DNA from: Planctomycetota bacterium
GTDB taxonomy: Bacteria; Planctomycetota; Planctomycetia; Pirellulales; Pirellulaceae
NCBI GenBank assembly: GCA_046075445.1
Contig: JBJTQD010000859.1
Location: 1 to 30,389, forward strand
Reading direction: 5' to 3'
Length of the DNA stretch: 30,389 bases
Position 1 is the first letter of the stretch, and every line of letters starts with the position of its first letter. The notes below the pieces were generated by a model. That model was not told the origin of the DNA. It worked only from the letters and a program-made list of their open reading frames with translations, and did no database searches. Of the stretch, positions 1 to 8,782 are shown piece after piece. Both the position numbers and the translations under genes were made by a program.

Positions 1-1152
1 TTGCTTCTCGAATTGTCTGGCTGCTTCAGCTACTCGGAGAAAAAACGTGCTGTTTGTCAAAAATTGCTCAGATTTGTCGAGTCAATTTGGGCTCTGGCTG
101 AGTCACAGGGAGTGGCTTTGTAGCTGGACCTTTGCCCCCGAGTGAGTAAAATCTAAGCGACGTGACTCATCACTCATGCTGTTACCACAGCCCGAAAAAA
201 AATAATTCTGGGACAAGAGTGTTTTTGAGCACGCACTTGGCGGTTCACTGTCGCCCGAGGGAGTCGGAGTCAAGCAACGAAACATTCCGAAAGCCGCTGT
301 TGAATCTGAGAGGATTTGATGGCCGTTAGGTCTTCGGAATTTGACTTGGCTTCGAGGCCTTGAGGTTGAGTGAACTTGTCATTGCTCCGTCTTCGGAGCC
401 GCTGAGTTCGGGAACTTTCCTTGCAGGGAACTTCCTTTTCCTCCGTGCGGTTTCGGGGTCAGAGTTTTCGGCCGATTTCGTCGAAGCCCGATAGGATGGG
501 CGGAGAGTCGGTTCGGAACAGGACTGAGGCAGGACTGTCTGCACTCAATTGACCGTTCGCTTGGAACCGATCGGGCGGGGTGGAATTTCCACTCTTTTGG
601 GTGATGACAATCCAAGTGACAGACCAAGGGCTGTATTGTTGCACGAGGCAAAGAACTCGCGTTGTCTATCGCGCTGCAAAGTGGTGCTTAAATCGCTACA
701 AGCGGTGTCGATTGCGCTGACGGATTGGCGGCGAAGGATTGCCTTGAGGTTTTTCGACTGGTTTTTTGTCAGTCGGGTGCGGATTTGACGGTGGTCAACC
801 GCGGAGCTTCAAGGTTAGGAATCCGAGTCAAAGCGGACGGAACGGTTCTCGATGCTGGTTAAAGCTTGGCTGGTCAAAGAATGGCCAGCTACAGATTGGA
901 TTAACCAAGCTGCTACGGATTGCTCTCTCGGTAACGTCATTGTTGTAGGGTCGTTGGTCTGGGGCATGATTCAGGCTGGACCATCGGGTCGCGTTGAATC
1001 ACAGTGGTATGACACGGGATTTGTCTTTGTGTGTTAACCAAGGTGGTTAGCTAGTCAATTTGAGGAAGTGGCCTAGTGCTTTTCCTTCGTTGATGAGGTA
1101 GCCCAAAACCTTGATGGGATCGGGCAAAGCGAATTCCGTTGGCGACTACTTA

Positions 1153-1232
1153 GTCGGACTTTCGAGACCTCGTTTTCGCGAGCCCTCGGTTTCACGAGAG
1201 TTGGTTTTCGCGAGAATTGGTTTCCAGTTGGC
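1153..1232. repeat. Degenerate tandem array of five 16-bp units
   Basis: gtcggactttcgagac | ctcgttttcgcgagcc | ctcggtttcacgagag | ttggttttcgcgagaa | ttggtttccagttggc. The period is exactly 16 and CGAG sits at unit positions 11-14 in the first four units. Confidence 0.7.
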
Positions 1233-1614
1233 AAGCGAAGACGCTGTTAGGTGAAGAGTTTGCCTAAACGGTATTTTTTGCCAATTGGCGGACGAACCGA
1301 GAGTGGTGTCGGAACCAGTGGTAGACTAAGGAAGTTCTGGATTGGGAGTTTGGTTGCAAGCGACCTTTTTCCCGACCGGATTTACAAGCCAATTCCCAGC
1401 GAAACCGGCCCAGCCGAAATTCAAAGCCAAAACAAACAAACTAATAAACAGCCGTCCCTCGGCCAGTGTTCGCTCGAATGAGCGAATTGACGGGGCGAAC
1501 CATCTCACAAGTAGCGCGGAATTTGCCAACGCTTTTGAGAAGAAACCGGACGGTAACAGGTAACAAAAAACATTAACGGGCCGGAGACGGCAAGTACCGG
1601 AAACTCAAATCAGG

Positions 1615-1653
1615 CAACTGGGAGGGAAATGCTACCCAGCTTGTTCTTTTTTT
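1615..1653 (+). terminator. Terminator-like hairpin upstream of the sigma factor gene
   Basis: ctggg (1618-1622) pairs with cccag (1635-1639), extendable by caa/ttg, followed by T7 (1647-1653); ends ~80 nt before the TTG start. Confidence 0.4.
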
Positions 1654-1734
1654 GGCGGAAGGTATTTGCCTTAGTGATCGCGGTGACTTCCCACCTGCAG
1701 TCCAATCCGATTCAAGTGATTCAGGAGTTCTGCC

Positions 1735-3306
1735 TTGTACGACGTACTACTCGATGAGTTTGAAGACGAAGCAACACGCACACGAGTCAAAGACCAACCA
1801 TTTGACGAAACGGTAGTGCAAGACGTTGATGATGATGAAGAGGCGCCAGCCGAGTCACAGCCAATTGCCAGTGACGATGTCGACGTAGACATAAACGACC
1901 GGGAAGAATTACTGGCTGTGATCGATGATACGGACACTTGGTCAGATGACCCGGTCCGGATGTACCTGACTCAGATGGGCGAGATTCCGCTGCTGACGCG
2001 GCAACAGGAAATTTCTCTCGCCAAGCGAATTGAAGAAACCCGTCGTCAATTCCGGACGCGTTTGCTCGAATGCGATTACGTCATTCAGACCGCCTACAAG
2101 ACGCTCAACCGCGTTCACAAGGGCGAGTTGCCCTTCGACCGCACGGTCCAAGTCTCGGTCACCGACCGCTTGGAAAAAGAACAAATCCTGGGGCGAATCC
2201 CCCATAACCTGAACACGCTGGCCGTGTTGCTGAAGCGAAATCGGCGAGATTTTCTGACTGCTTATTCGAAGAGTCGCTCCAAAGCTGACCGCCGCAGTGC
2301 TTGGATGCGGTTGGCACGTCGACGGCGCCGCAGTGTCCGCTTAATCGAAGAACTCGGCCTGCGAACACAAAGAATCGAAGCGATGATCGGATCGCTGGAG
2401 AAGTTCAGCAGAACTGTGGATGAGTTGTACGAGAAGATCGTCGCTCACAAGAAGGCCAAGAAGCCTGCGAGCGAGCGGAAGCCGATGGTCCGTGAGCTGC
2501 GGACAATTCTGATCGCCTGTCAGGAAACCCCTACGAGCCTCCGCAATCGAGTCCGGTTCCTCAAGGGTGTTTACTCTCACTACCAACAAGCCAAACGCGA
2601 GTTGTCCGAGGGCAACTTAAGATTGGTGGTGTCAATCGCCAAGAAATATCGAAACCGCGGATTGAGCTTCCTTGATCTGATTCAAGAAGGCAACGCGGGC
2701 TTGATGCGTGCGGTCGACAAATTCGAATACCGCCGTGGATTTAAATTCTGTACCTATGCGACTTGGTGGATTCGCCAAGCGATTACGCGGGCAGTAGCCG
2801 ATCAAAGCCGCACAATTCGGATCCCGGTTCACATGGTGGAGACAATGTCCCGCGTTCGGACGGTTTCCCGCCAGCTACTTCAGGAATTGGGCCGCGAGCC
2901 GACGCTGGAAGAAATCGCCCGCAAGTCGCAGACGACGATTGATGAAGCCCGCCGGGTGCTGGCGATGAGCCGCTACCCGATCAGCCTCGACCGCCCTGTT
3001 GGCAACAGTGAGGACAGCCAATTCGGCGACTTGCTGCCAGATGGTGAAGCTGAGAATCCATCGCTCGGTGCCGCCCAAGAGATGCTCCGTGGACGCATCG
3101 ACAAGGTGCTCAAGACGCTGAGCTACCGCGAACGGGAAATCATTAAACTGCGTTATGGCCTGGGCGATGGCTACAGCTACACGCTCGAAGAAGTCGGCCA
3201 TATTTTCAAAGTCACCCGCGAGCGAATTCGACAGATCGAAGCGAAAGCCGTTCGCAAATTGCAACAACCTAGTCGGAGTCAAGAACTGGTTGGTTTCCTT
3301 GATTAA
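1735..3306 (+). CDS. rpoD: RNA polymerase sigma70 factor, RpoD-like (probably a paralog)
   Basis: Region 1.2 [18 protein letters not shown]; region 2 [12 protein letters not shown]...[40 protein letters not shown]; region 4 [26 protein letters not shown] start with AGGAG RBS just upstream; acidic N-terminus. Confidence 0.93.
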   Translation: MYDVLLDEFEDEATRTRVKDQPFDETVVQDVDDDEEAPAESQPIASDDVDVDINDREELLAVIDDTDTWSDDPVRMYLTQMGEIPLLTRQQEISLAKRIEETRRQFRTRLLECDYVIQTAYKTLNRVHKGELPFDRTVQVSVTDRLEKEQILGRIPHNLNTLAVLLKRNRRDFLTAYSKSRSKADRRSAWMRLARRRRRSVRLIEELGLRTQRIEAMIGSLEKFSRTVDELYEKIVAHKKAKKPASERKPMVRELRTILIACQETPTSLRNRVRFLKGVYSHYQQAKRELSEGNLRLVVSIAKKYRNRGLSFLDLIQEGNAGLMRAVDKFEYRRGFKFCTYATWWIRQAITRAVADQSRTIRIPVHMVETMSRVRTVSRQLLQELGREPTLEEIARKSQTTIDEARRVLAMSRYPISLDRPVGNSEDSQFGDLLPDGEAENPSLGAAQEMLRGRIDKVLKTLSYREREIIKLRYGLGDGYSYTLEEVGHIFKVTRERIRQIEAKAVRKLQQPSRSQELVGFLD

Positions 3307-3366
3307 CCTTCCAGTTCCAAAGGCCAAGCTGGAGACAGCGTTGGCTTGAATGCCGACCTCCTAAGG

Positions 3367-3401
3367 AAAAGCCGCTTGAGTTTTGCTCGAGCGGCTTTTT
3401 T
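3367..3401 (+). terminator. Rho-independent terminator after the sigma gene (bidirectional-type)
   Basis: aaaagccgcttgag-ttttg-ctcgagcggctttt followed by further T's. Confidence 0.9.
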
Positions 3402-3683
3402 CGTTTGAGTGTCCGGTGATGAAGAAGGGAGCCACTAATGGGCACTAATCAAAAAGAATTTAGAAAGGAAAAGCAGGTCCACTGATTGTCGCCGATGACA
3501 GGAAACTAGAGGAAGACAGGTAGCAAGAGAAAGAAGTTGAAGGAGTAAATCGGCCCTGGGAATTCGAAAGAGGAAAGTGTCTCGAGATTTCGAGGGGTGG
3601 CGAGGCGTGGCTCTCTGGCTGTTCGCTCGTGTTGCGTGTTGGCCTGTCTTGCTGTGGCTGGATTGACCTGCGACGATTGGGGC

Positions 3684-6131
3684 ATGGAAAGCTCTGTACC
3701 ACAATCTGTGCGCGACGAAATTTGTGAACGCTATCTGGGCCAACTTCCGTTTGAGCCCTATCCGGTTCAGGAAGAGGCGATCTTTAATTGGTTCTCTAAT
3801 GAACAAGGCGTTTTAGTCTGCGCTCCGACCGGCACTGGAAAGACATTGATTGCCGAGGCGGCTCTGTTTGAGGCGCTGCGATTGGGGAAGACGGCCTACT
3901 ATACGACGCCGCTTGTCGCTTTGACCGACCAGAAGTTTCGGGAGTTGCAGGAAGCGGCCGAGCGCTGGGGCTATACCCGGGACCACGTGGGAATGGCGAC
4001 GGGAAATCGCAAGGTCAATCCACACGCTCCGCTACAAGTAGTCGTGGCAGAAATTCTGCTCAATCGCCTTCTGCACAAGGAAGCGTTTGACTTTAAACAA
4101 GTTTGGGCTGTGGTGATGGATGAGTTCCACAGCTTCAATGACTTGGAACGGGGAATTGTCTGGGAGTTCGGCTTGGCATTACTCCCGCGGACGGTGAAGA
4201 CATTACTGCTTTCCGCGACCGTGGGGAATGCCGGCGAGTTCTGCCATTGGCTGGCTACGCGGCACGAGCGCCGCTTGGCACTGGTGCAGAGTGACCAGCG
4301 CAAGGTTCCATTGAATTATCAGTGGGTCGGTGATCAACTGCTCGATGAACAACTCGAGTTGATGTTCGGTCGAGAAGGTGAAGGCCGTTTAACACCTGCA
4401 CTGATCTTTTGCTTTAACCGTGAACAGTGCTGGACGGTGGCTGAGTTGCTAAAGGGCAAGCAGGTTGTCGATTCAGCTCAGCAGAAACTGCTCAGCCAGG
4501 CGCTCGAAGCGCACGACTGGTCTCGAGGAGCGGGCCCGAAGCTAAAGCAACTGCTACAACGTGGCGTTGGGGTTCACCATGCCGGGGTACTGCCGAAGTA
4601 CCGGCGAATCATCGAGCAGTTTTTTCAAGAAAAGCTGCTTTCGGTTTGCGTCTGCACGGAAACCTTGGCGGCCGGGATTAATTTGCCGGCTCGGAGCGTC
4701 GTTTTGCCGACGCTACTGAAGGGGCCGCCGGGAAAGATGAAATTGATCGAGCCAAGTTCGGCTCACCAGATGTTCGGCCGCGCGGGGCGCCCTCAGTATG
4801 ACGACCGGGGGTTTGTCTTTGCCTTGGCACATGAGGATGATGTCAAGATTTTGCGGTGGCAGGAGAAGCTCAATCAGATCCCCGAAGACACCAAAGACCC
4901 TGGTTTGATTCGCGCGAGAAAAGAGATCAAAAAGAAGATGCCTCGGCGTCGCGAGGGGGTGCAGTACTGGAACGAGACGCAATTTGAGCAACTGGTCAAG
5001 AGTTTGCCGGCCAGCCTTGAAAGTCGCGGACCTTTGACTTGGCGTTTGCTGGCTTACATGCTCGAGGCTTCTCCGGATATCTCGTTGATTCGCCAGTTGG
5101 TTTCGCGCCGACTGCTCAAGGGCAAAGCCATCGAGCAGGCAAACTCTCAATTACAGCGAATGCTGTTGACACTACATCGAGCCGGATATGTCAAACTTAC
5201 TCCGACTCCTCCGCTCGCAGCGCTGTACCGGGAACTGCCTGAGTCCCCTGCGCTGCCTGAACAAGCTGCGGAAATTGACATTTCGGCCGAGCAAGCGGCA
5301 AGCGACGTGCGTCCGACTCTGGATTTGGGACAGCGTGGTAAAGGTAAGGGCGGCAAACCGGAATTGAAAAAAGCCAGTTCTGCCGGAGGCGGAGCGCCCC
5401 CCTCAACCAGTTCGGAAATCGAGTATGAAGCGGAGCGGGCCGAACCGACCGAGCGTCTGCGGGATCTGCTCTTCCTCAAGGGCGTTCATCCGCTGTTTGC
5501 GATGTTCCTGATAAATCACATGGCGATCGCCGATCAGAATGAGCGATTGCAGGCATTCGAGGCGCTGCTGGAGATATCGCCTTCTTTGGGAAATGAAATT
5601 GAGGTTCCCTCGCGCGAGTTGCTCCCACCGGGCCCGCTCGCTACGGAGCGACTGGAACCGCAGCTACTGACACTGGGGCTGGCGACGGTGGACGAATTGA
5701 ACGGGCCGGGTCCGGAGGAAGACCCGCGTGAGTGGCGGGCTCGATTCGTCGATGGTCCGCCTCGGGTGTTGACCTTAGCCCACAAGTTGCAAAGGCTCTT
5801 TCAATATGATTTCCCCGGGGTAGACGATTTGCGGATTCGTCCCTGTTGGGTTGCCGGGGAGTTGCTTGCTTTAGGAGGCAATTTCAATCTCTACATCACG
5901 TCTCATCGGCTGCAGAAGCAGGAGGGAGTGGTCTTTCGCCACCTTTTGCGACTGGTTTTGCTGATTGATGAATTGGCGATGCTTTGCCCGGCGGAAATGT
6001 CACCCGATGACTGGAAAGAGGAGATGGGGAATTTAGCGCACGCGATTGAGACTTCTTGTCGAGAAGCCGACCCGGGGAGCGCCGAGCAGTGGCTGGATGA
6101 GGCGAGGCAAACGCTCGGTCCTGAGATTTAA
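3684..6131 (+). CDS. Ski2/HelY-like DEAD/DEAH-box SF2 helicase
   Basis: Motifs I APTGTGKT, Ia TTPLVALTDQK, II VMDEFH, III LSAT, V CTETLAAGINLPARSV, VI HQMFGRAGR. ATG at 3684 (MESSVPQ) is preferred over the upstream GTG at 3597. Confidence 0.9.
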   Translation: MESSVPQSVRDEICERYLGQLPFEPYPVQEEAIFNWFSNEQGVLVCAPTGTGKTLIAEAALFEALRLGKTAYYTTPLVALTDQKFRELQEAAERWGYTRDHVGMATGNRKVNPHAPLQVVVAEILLNRLLHKEAFDFKQVWAVVMDEFHSFNDLERGIVWEFGLALLPRTVKTLLLSATVGNAGEFCHWLATRHERRLALVQSDQRKVPLNYQWVGDQLLDEQLELMFGREGEGRLTPALIFCFNREQCWTVAELLKGKQVVDSAQQKLLSQALEAHDWSRGAGPKLKQLLQRGVGVHHAGVLPKYRRIIEQFFQEKLLSVCVCTETLAAGINLPARSVVLPTLLKGPPGKMKLIEPSSAHQMFGRAGRPQYDDRGFVFALAHEDDVKILRWQEKLNQIPEDTKDPGLIRARKEIKKKMPRRREGVQYWNETQFEQLVKSLPASLESRGPLTWRLLAYMLEASPDISLIRQLVSRRLLKGKAIEQANSQLQRMLLTLHRAGYVKLTPTPPLAALYRELPESPALPEQAAEIDISAEQAASDVRPTLDLGQRGKGKGGKPELKKASSAGGGAPPSTSSEIEYEAERAEPTERLRDLLFLKGVHPLFAMFLINHMAIADQNERLQAFEALLEISPSLGNEIEVPSRELLPPGPLATERLEPQLLTLGLATVDELNGPGPEEDPREWRARFVDGPPRVLTLAHKLQRLFQYDFPGVDDLRIRPCWVAGELLALGGNFNLYITSHRLQKQEGVVFRHLLRLVLLIDELAMLCPAEMSPDDWKEEMGNLAHAIETSCREADPGSAEQWLDEARQTLGPEI

Positions 6132-6201
6132 AGCCTGAAGAGGGAGTAGCCTGCGGATACTCCCGCTGCCGCAGTTCCAAGAGATGTCTTAGCCCAAGTG
6201 G

Positions 6202-7725
6202 TCAGACAGGATTCGCCGGAGAGCTGTTTGCAGCAGCGGGCGTGAGCAATTCCCTGAGCACTTCGCGCAGTTCTTTTACTTTGGCGGGGAGCGAGAGGGC
6301 GCGACGATTGCTGCCGGAAAGGTTCGCGACTTTGGCAAAATCAGCTTGGCGATTTTCCAGCAAAATGATCGCTGGATATTTTGCGTTGCGTGGGTCACCG
6401 ACAAATTGATTAAAGGCTTCGAGGGCACTGGCGCCGAGTTTCGAGCAGCCAAACATTACGAGGTCGGCGGGGCTAGGGTCGGCTGGATCGAGTTCTGCGA
6501 AACGTTGTAAGGCTCGGACGGGGTCACTCATGATCAAGACGCGATAACCGACTTCCTTGAGCTTTTCCCGAAACAGGTCCTGCACCTTGGGATTCGATTC
6601 GACGAGGAGTACGGTTTTATCTCTTCCTTCTTCGCGTTTGGCGAGCGATTGCTCGTATTCGGCCGCTTGTTGCCGGGCAAGTTCGGGGTCGTAGGCTTGG
6701 ACATCACCGGCTGCGACTGCTTTCAACACCGACTCGATTTCAGATAGCGCCTGTGTTGGATTCTGAACTCGGCGTTCTGGGTCGAGGTCCATCAGGCGGT
6801 TGACGAGGATCACCACGCGATTGGGCAGGCTCGGCTCTAACGCCGTAATTGGGGGCACATCGCGGAATCGAGAGGGGTGCATCCGTTTGATTCGCTCCTT
6901 GGTTTCATACAAGGGCGGACGGCCGGTAAGCATTTGATAGAGCATGCAGCCGAGGAAAAAGATATCGCTGCGCGGATCATTACGGCTCACATTGGTTACT
7001 CGTTCCAAGCCTGCGTAATCGACAGAGCGAGGACCTTGCTTGGCATCCCCATCTTCGTCGGTAACATTGACAGCTGCCAAACCAAAGTCGACCAAACGAG
7101 CTTGTCCTCGGCTGGAGAGCAAAACGTTTGAGAGCTTCATGTCGCGGTGAGTAATTCCTTTGGCCAGAGCGTATTCCAACCCGCTGGCCAGGTCCTTCAC
7201 GATTTGCAGGGCCGTATTGAGCTTGAGTTTGCCGTGGGCGCGGACGTAGTCGCGAAGGTTTTGCCCTTCGACGAAATCCATCACCATGAAACAGCGGCCC
7301 TTTTCTGTCTCGACTTCGTGAATCGGGACAATGTTGGGGTGCCGCAGTGTCATCACGGTGCGAGCCTCACGCTCGAATCGATCCCGGACACCCTCGTCGT
7401 CGGAGTAGCGGTTGCGGAGAACTTTGATTGCTTTTATCTCACCGGTTTTCCGGTGCTCACATCGGTAGACACGGGCGAATGTTCCATGGCCGATCAGGTA
7501 AAGCACTCGCCAATGCCCGTAAAAGAATCCTCGGACATGACCTTCCAGCAGGCGGGTGATCTGCCAATTGGTTAACTTCTCTTGTCGCAGCAGGGCGTCA
7601 ACAAAGTCTTGCTCGCTGGCATCGCGACCGCCCAGCCCGGACAGCACCGAGTCGATTTCCGATGTCTCCATCAACCGGCTCTCGAGGATCCGGTTTGCAA
7701 GTTGGTCCGCAGTCGGTTGGCTCAT
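6202..7725 (-). CDS. Hanks-type Ser/Thr protein kinase with C-terminal atypical receiver (REC-like) domain
   Basis: IGHGTFARVY, AIKVL, HRDMKLSNVLL, DFG, SDIFFLG; C-terminal KTVLLVESNP...DLVMFG...YPAIILL...LSLPAKVKELREVLRELL follows the CheY-like pattern. Confidence 0.9.
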   Translation of the reverse strand: MSQPTADQLANRILESRLMETSEIDSVLSGLGGRDASEQDFVDALLRQEKLTNWQITRLLEGHVRGFFYGHWRVLYLIGHGTFARVYRCEHRKTGEIKAIKVLRNRYSDDEGVRDRFEREARTVMTLRHPNIVPIHEVETEKGRCFMVMDFVEGQNLRDYVRAHGKLKLNTALQIVKDLASGLEYALAKGITHRDMKLSNVLLSSRGQARLVDFGLAAVNVTDEDGDAKQGPRSVDYAGLERVTNVSRNDPRSDIFFLGCMLYQMLTGRPPLYETKERIKRMHPSRFRDVPPITALEPSLPNRVVILVNRLMDLDPERRVQNPTQALSEIESVLKAVAAGDVQAYDPELARQQAAEYEQSLAKREEGRDKTVLLVESNPKVQDLFREKLKEVGYRVLIMSDPVRALQRFAELDPADPSPADLVMFGCSKLGASALEAFNQFVGDPRNAKYPAIILLENRQADFAKVANLSGSNRRALSLPAKVKELREVLRELLTPAAANSSPANPV

Positions 7726-7963
7726 GTCGATCGAAAAGGGAGGAGATCAGGCGGGAAAATGAAAATGAATGTTTGTTCCGCAGTCGGATTTGCCGACATC
7801 TTTTCAAGCTGAGCGGTGGCAGATTCGACGACTAAGCGTTCGGAGTGTTTACAACCCTACTTGGGTAGGGCAAAGTTTCAAACCAAGCCAAGTTCCATCG
7901 TATTCCAAGCACCTAGTTCCTTCAATCTTTCGAAAATGCGAGGTTGCAGGGAGCAAAAGCGGA

Positions 7964-8131
7964 CTGAAAACCACTTTTTCAGAGTGCGCAGCTTCAGCCA
8001 TTGCGGTGGACGAGCCAATCTGGTGGGGCATTGAGGTCAGCCAGGCTGCGAAAAGAGGCGGGCCGGTGCATGTGGAATGCACCAGCCCGCCGGGCAGGGA
8101 GACAGTTCCTCAATGAGCGGGTGAAGCAGCG
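7964..8131 (-). ncRNA. Candidate structured RNA (nested stems; 6S-like or extended terminator)
   Basis: 14-bp inner stem 8057-8070/8078-8091 (perfect with one G-U only on the minus strand), 8-bp stem 8029-8036/8108-8115, 9/10 outer stem 7987-7996/8122-8131, small hairpin cagc-cag-gctg at 8038-8048, and hairpin ctgaaaa-ccact-ttttcag at 7964-7982. Confidence 0.35.
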
Positions 8132-8148
8132 ATCGTGGCACAGAGAGC

Positions 8149-8430
8149 TTAGAGGCCGCCCTCGAGATTCGATTTGTAGAGGTCGCGTTCGCGGCGAGTG
8201 GCCTCGAGATCGAACATCAGATACTTCAAATCCAATCGCAATTGGCTGAGTGCTTCTTGAATCAGGTCGAGAATCTTGCGGCGGCGTTTGGTGTATTCAA
8301 CGACTTTTTGCAGCGGATTTGCCAGCTGCTCGCGGTACTGAGCGGGCAGTTGGTCAATTGCCTGCATCAGGCTTACCAGGTCGGCGGGCAGTTGGTCAGA
8401 AGACTTTTGATTGGCAGCGGCTTGGGTCAT
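8149..8430 (-). CDS. Small (93 aa) helical/coiled-coil hypothetical protein
   Basis: ATG at 8430 with GGAG RBS (ggagaaaaac-ATG); heptad-like segment RRRKILDLIQEALSQLRLDLKYLMFDLEATRRERD. I recall this as a conserved planctomycete protein (not verified). Confidence 0.85.
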   Translation of the reverse strand: MTQAAANQKSSDQLPADLVSLMQAIDQLPAQYREQLANPLQKVVEYTKRRRKILDLIQEALSQLRLDLKYLMFDLEATRRERDLYKSNLEGGL

Positions 8431-8782
8431 GTTTTTCTCCCTGCGAGAAGAAGCGGTGAAGGGTTGTCTCGTGGAGGGGAGAAAAAGCATGGATCGTGCC
8501 GAGCCTTGGGGATGGGCTGACAAGACCAGCCCTAACTCTATGGCAGCAGGCAACTTACGAACAAAATCGCAGTTGCTTCCAATTCGCCTCGATGTGGCGA
8601 AAAAACGACGAGCTGACCTGTCGGGACTGACGAGAAACTGCTAAAAGCCTGCGAAAACTCGCGTTTTTCGGGCTTCTCATGGCTTGGTTGCGTTTACTCA
8701 CCAGCCGAACGCTGAAATGAGGCTTCCCAGCAACAGGTTGCCCGAAAACACCATCGCTCCGCCTGATTGGCAATCAGCTTGA

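Noticed and set aside
1120-1150. c-di-GMP-I riboswitch (GGCAAA seen)
   Set aside because: The GNRA-capped P2 and the following GCAAAGC element are missing.
1153-1232. CRISPR array
   Set aside because: Units are 16 bp, directly adjacent, with no unique spacers; no cas genes in the window.
1-1734. Replication origin (long intergenic region)
   Set aside because: No TTATCCACA-type DnaA boxes seen and no dnaA/dnaN context.
2875-3327. 150-aa antisense ORF inside the sigma gene
   Set aside because: Typical shadow ORF opposite conserved sigma70 regions 3-4.
3435-3806. 123-aa minus-strand ORF
   Set aside because: Arises from the purine-skewed spacer and the antisense of the helicase; no RBS or family motifs.
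7964-8131. SRP RNA, tmRNA or RNase P identity for the structured element
   Set aside because: No CAGG-(GNRA)-AGCAG SRP core, no tRNA-like ends, no GAGGAAAGUCC.
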